DNA of 64,000 bases from Corallochytrium limacisporum Hawaii (lineage: Eukaryota; Protista; Pluriformea), in the NCBI GenBank assembly GCA_002811645.1, contig PDIP01000003.1, forward strand, positions 186,001 to 250,000. The letters run 5' to 3'. The notes beneath the pieces are model-generated. The model saw nothing but the letters and a program-made list of their open reading frames with translations, made no database searches and was not told where the DNA came from. Numbering within the stretch: position 1 is the first letter of the stretch; each line of letters begins with the position of its first letter. This document shows positions 63,368 to 64,000 of the stretch, piece by piece. The translations under genes and the position numbers were made by a program.

Positions 63368-64000
63368 ATGAACTTTAGGCACTTACGGGTTCAGCACCTG
63401 CTATTGCTGATCGCAATCTTTGCGGTATCTCTTGGTCGAGTTGACGCCCAAGACGCCCCTTTGTGGCAACAGCTTGAGAAGACCCCTGAGAGTACGGATG
63501 AGGATACTGTCGACGTTGAAGTCAAACCGCTTCCAGAAGAGGCACCTGAACCTGATCGTGACGGACCGCCCGTTTCCGAGGTCCTGGTCATTATTGAGTC
63601 TTACGACGTTGACAGTCTTGCGACGGACGTGGACTTCAAGGCTGTGCTGGAGAGAGTTGTCATGCAAGCCCCCGGTGGCTCCCGGGTCAAGTCCGTAAAT
63701 GTGGTCCGCAATGTGCAGAATGGAGAGAACTTTGAATGTAGCACTCAGATCACGGGCTGGACTGGAGACACGCTGCTGGTCGTTGCTCGGGAGACGTTTG
63801 ACGAAGCGCTCGAACTACAGGCGTTGGTGCAGAATATTGAGGACAACGCTGAACTCTACGACAGCTTCTCCAGTACCAAGAACAATGGCGAGGTCGGCAA
63901 CGGCAAGAAACTTGACGGCGAAGGTGAGGCCACTGGTAGCAACGCCGGTCTCATGGCCGGCTTGATCACCGGTTTGACAGTACTTGCTGTGGGTGCTGTT
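63368..64000 (+). CDS. Type I membrane protein, 3'-truncated (absent from ORF track)
   Basis: Open frame of 211 codons to the window edge: signal peptide MNFRHLRVQHLLLLIAIFAVSLGRVDA, acidic/Pro linker, alpha/beta domain, TM onset AGLMAGLITGLTVLAVGAV. Confidence 0.85.
   Translation, partial: MNFRHLRVQHLLLLIAIFAVSLGRVDAQDAPLWQQLEKTPESTDEDTVDVEVKPLPEEAPEPDRDGPPVSEVLVIIESYDVDSLATDVDFKAVLERVVMQAPGGSRVKSVNVVRNVQNGENFECSTQITGWTGDTLLVVARETFDEALELQALVQNIEDNAELYDSFSSTKNNGEVGNGKKLDGEGEATGSNAGLMAGLITGLTVLAVGAV

Noticed and set aside
1-64000. Mobile elements, CRISPR arrays, rRNA/tRNA genes, prokaryotic defence systems
   Set aside because: No transposase, RT or integrase ORFs, no spaced direct repeats and no recognisable rRNA/tRNA; the sequence is eukaryotic housekeeping DNA. 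Non-ATG starts in the ORF track were replaced by the first plausible ATG.

Overview
Gene-dense (about 33 CDS in 64 kb) eukaryotic chromosomal segment with almost intron-free coding regions. Gene content points to a unicellular opisthokont, probably a holozoan. Animal-type features: NHE1-5-like exchanger, Nup214 domain order, ACBD6, PLD6/Zucchini. Features animals lack: Hop1 with PHD-wHTH and an AMT1/MTA1 6mA DNA methyltransferase. Near-absence of CDS introns would fit Corallochytrium, but that assignment is inference only. Most genes are housekeeping: eIF2D, calcineurin A, Nup214, A20/AN1, ACBD6, ALG1, FAH, NR2C2AP, MAEA, mtHSP70, GET3, NAA20, HYPK, SSU72, PKA-R, Trx2, RFC1, ARL8, NOG1, PFKFB, PRP38, PMT. 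They lie mostly in head-to-head/tail-to-tail pairs, with poly(dC)/poly(dG) tracts marking the promoters. Features the ORF track misses: (i) a perfect GTAAGT/TACTAAC intron in an apparently non-coding antisense transcript carrying a U61-like C/D snoRNA guide against 18S rRNA; (ii) the only CDS intron found, in mitochondrial thioredoxin; (iii) several 5'-leader introns; (iv) a start-less adenylyl-cyclase C-terminal remnant; (v) a type I membrane protein running off the right edge; (vi) a DHFR-type E2F site plus CHR elements upstream of the 6mA methyltransferase. All homology calls are from motif recognition, not database searches.
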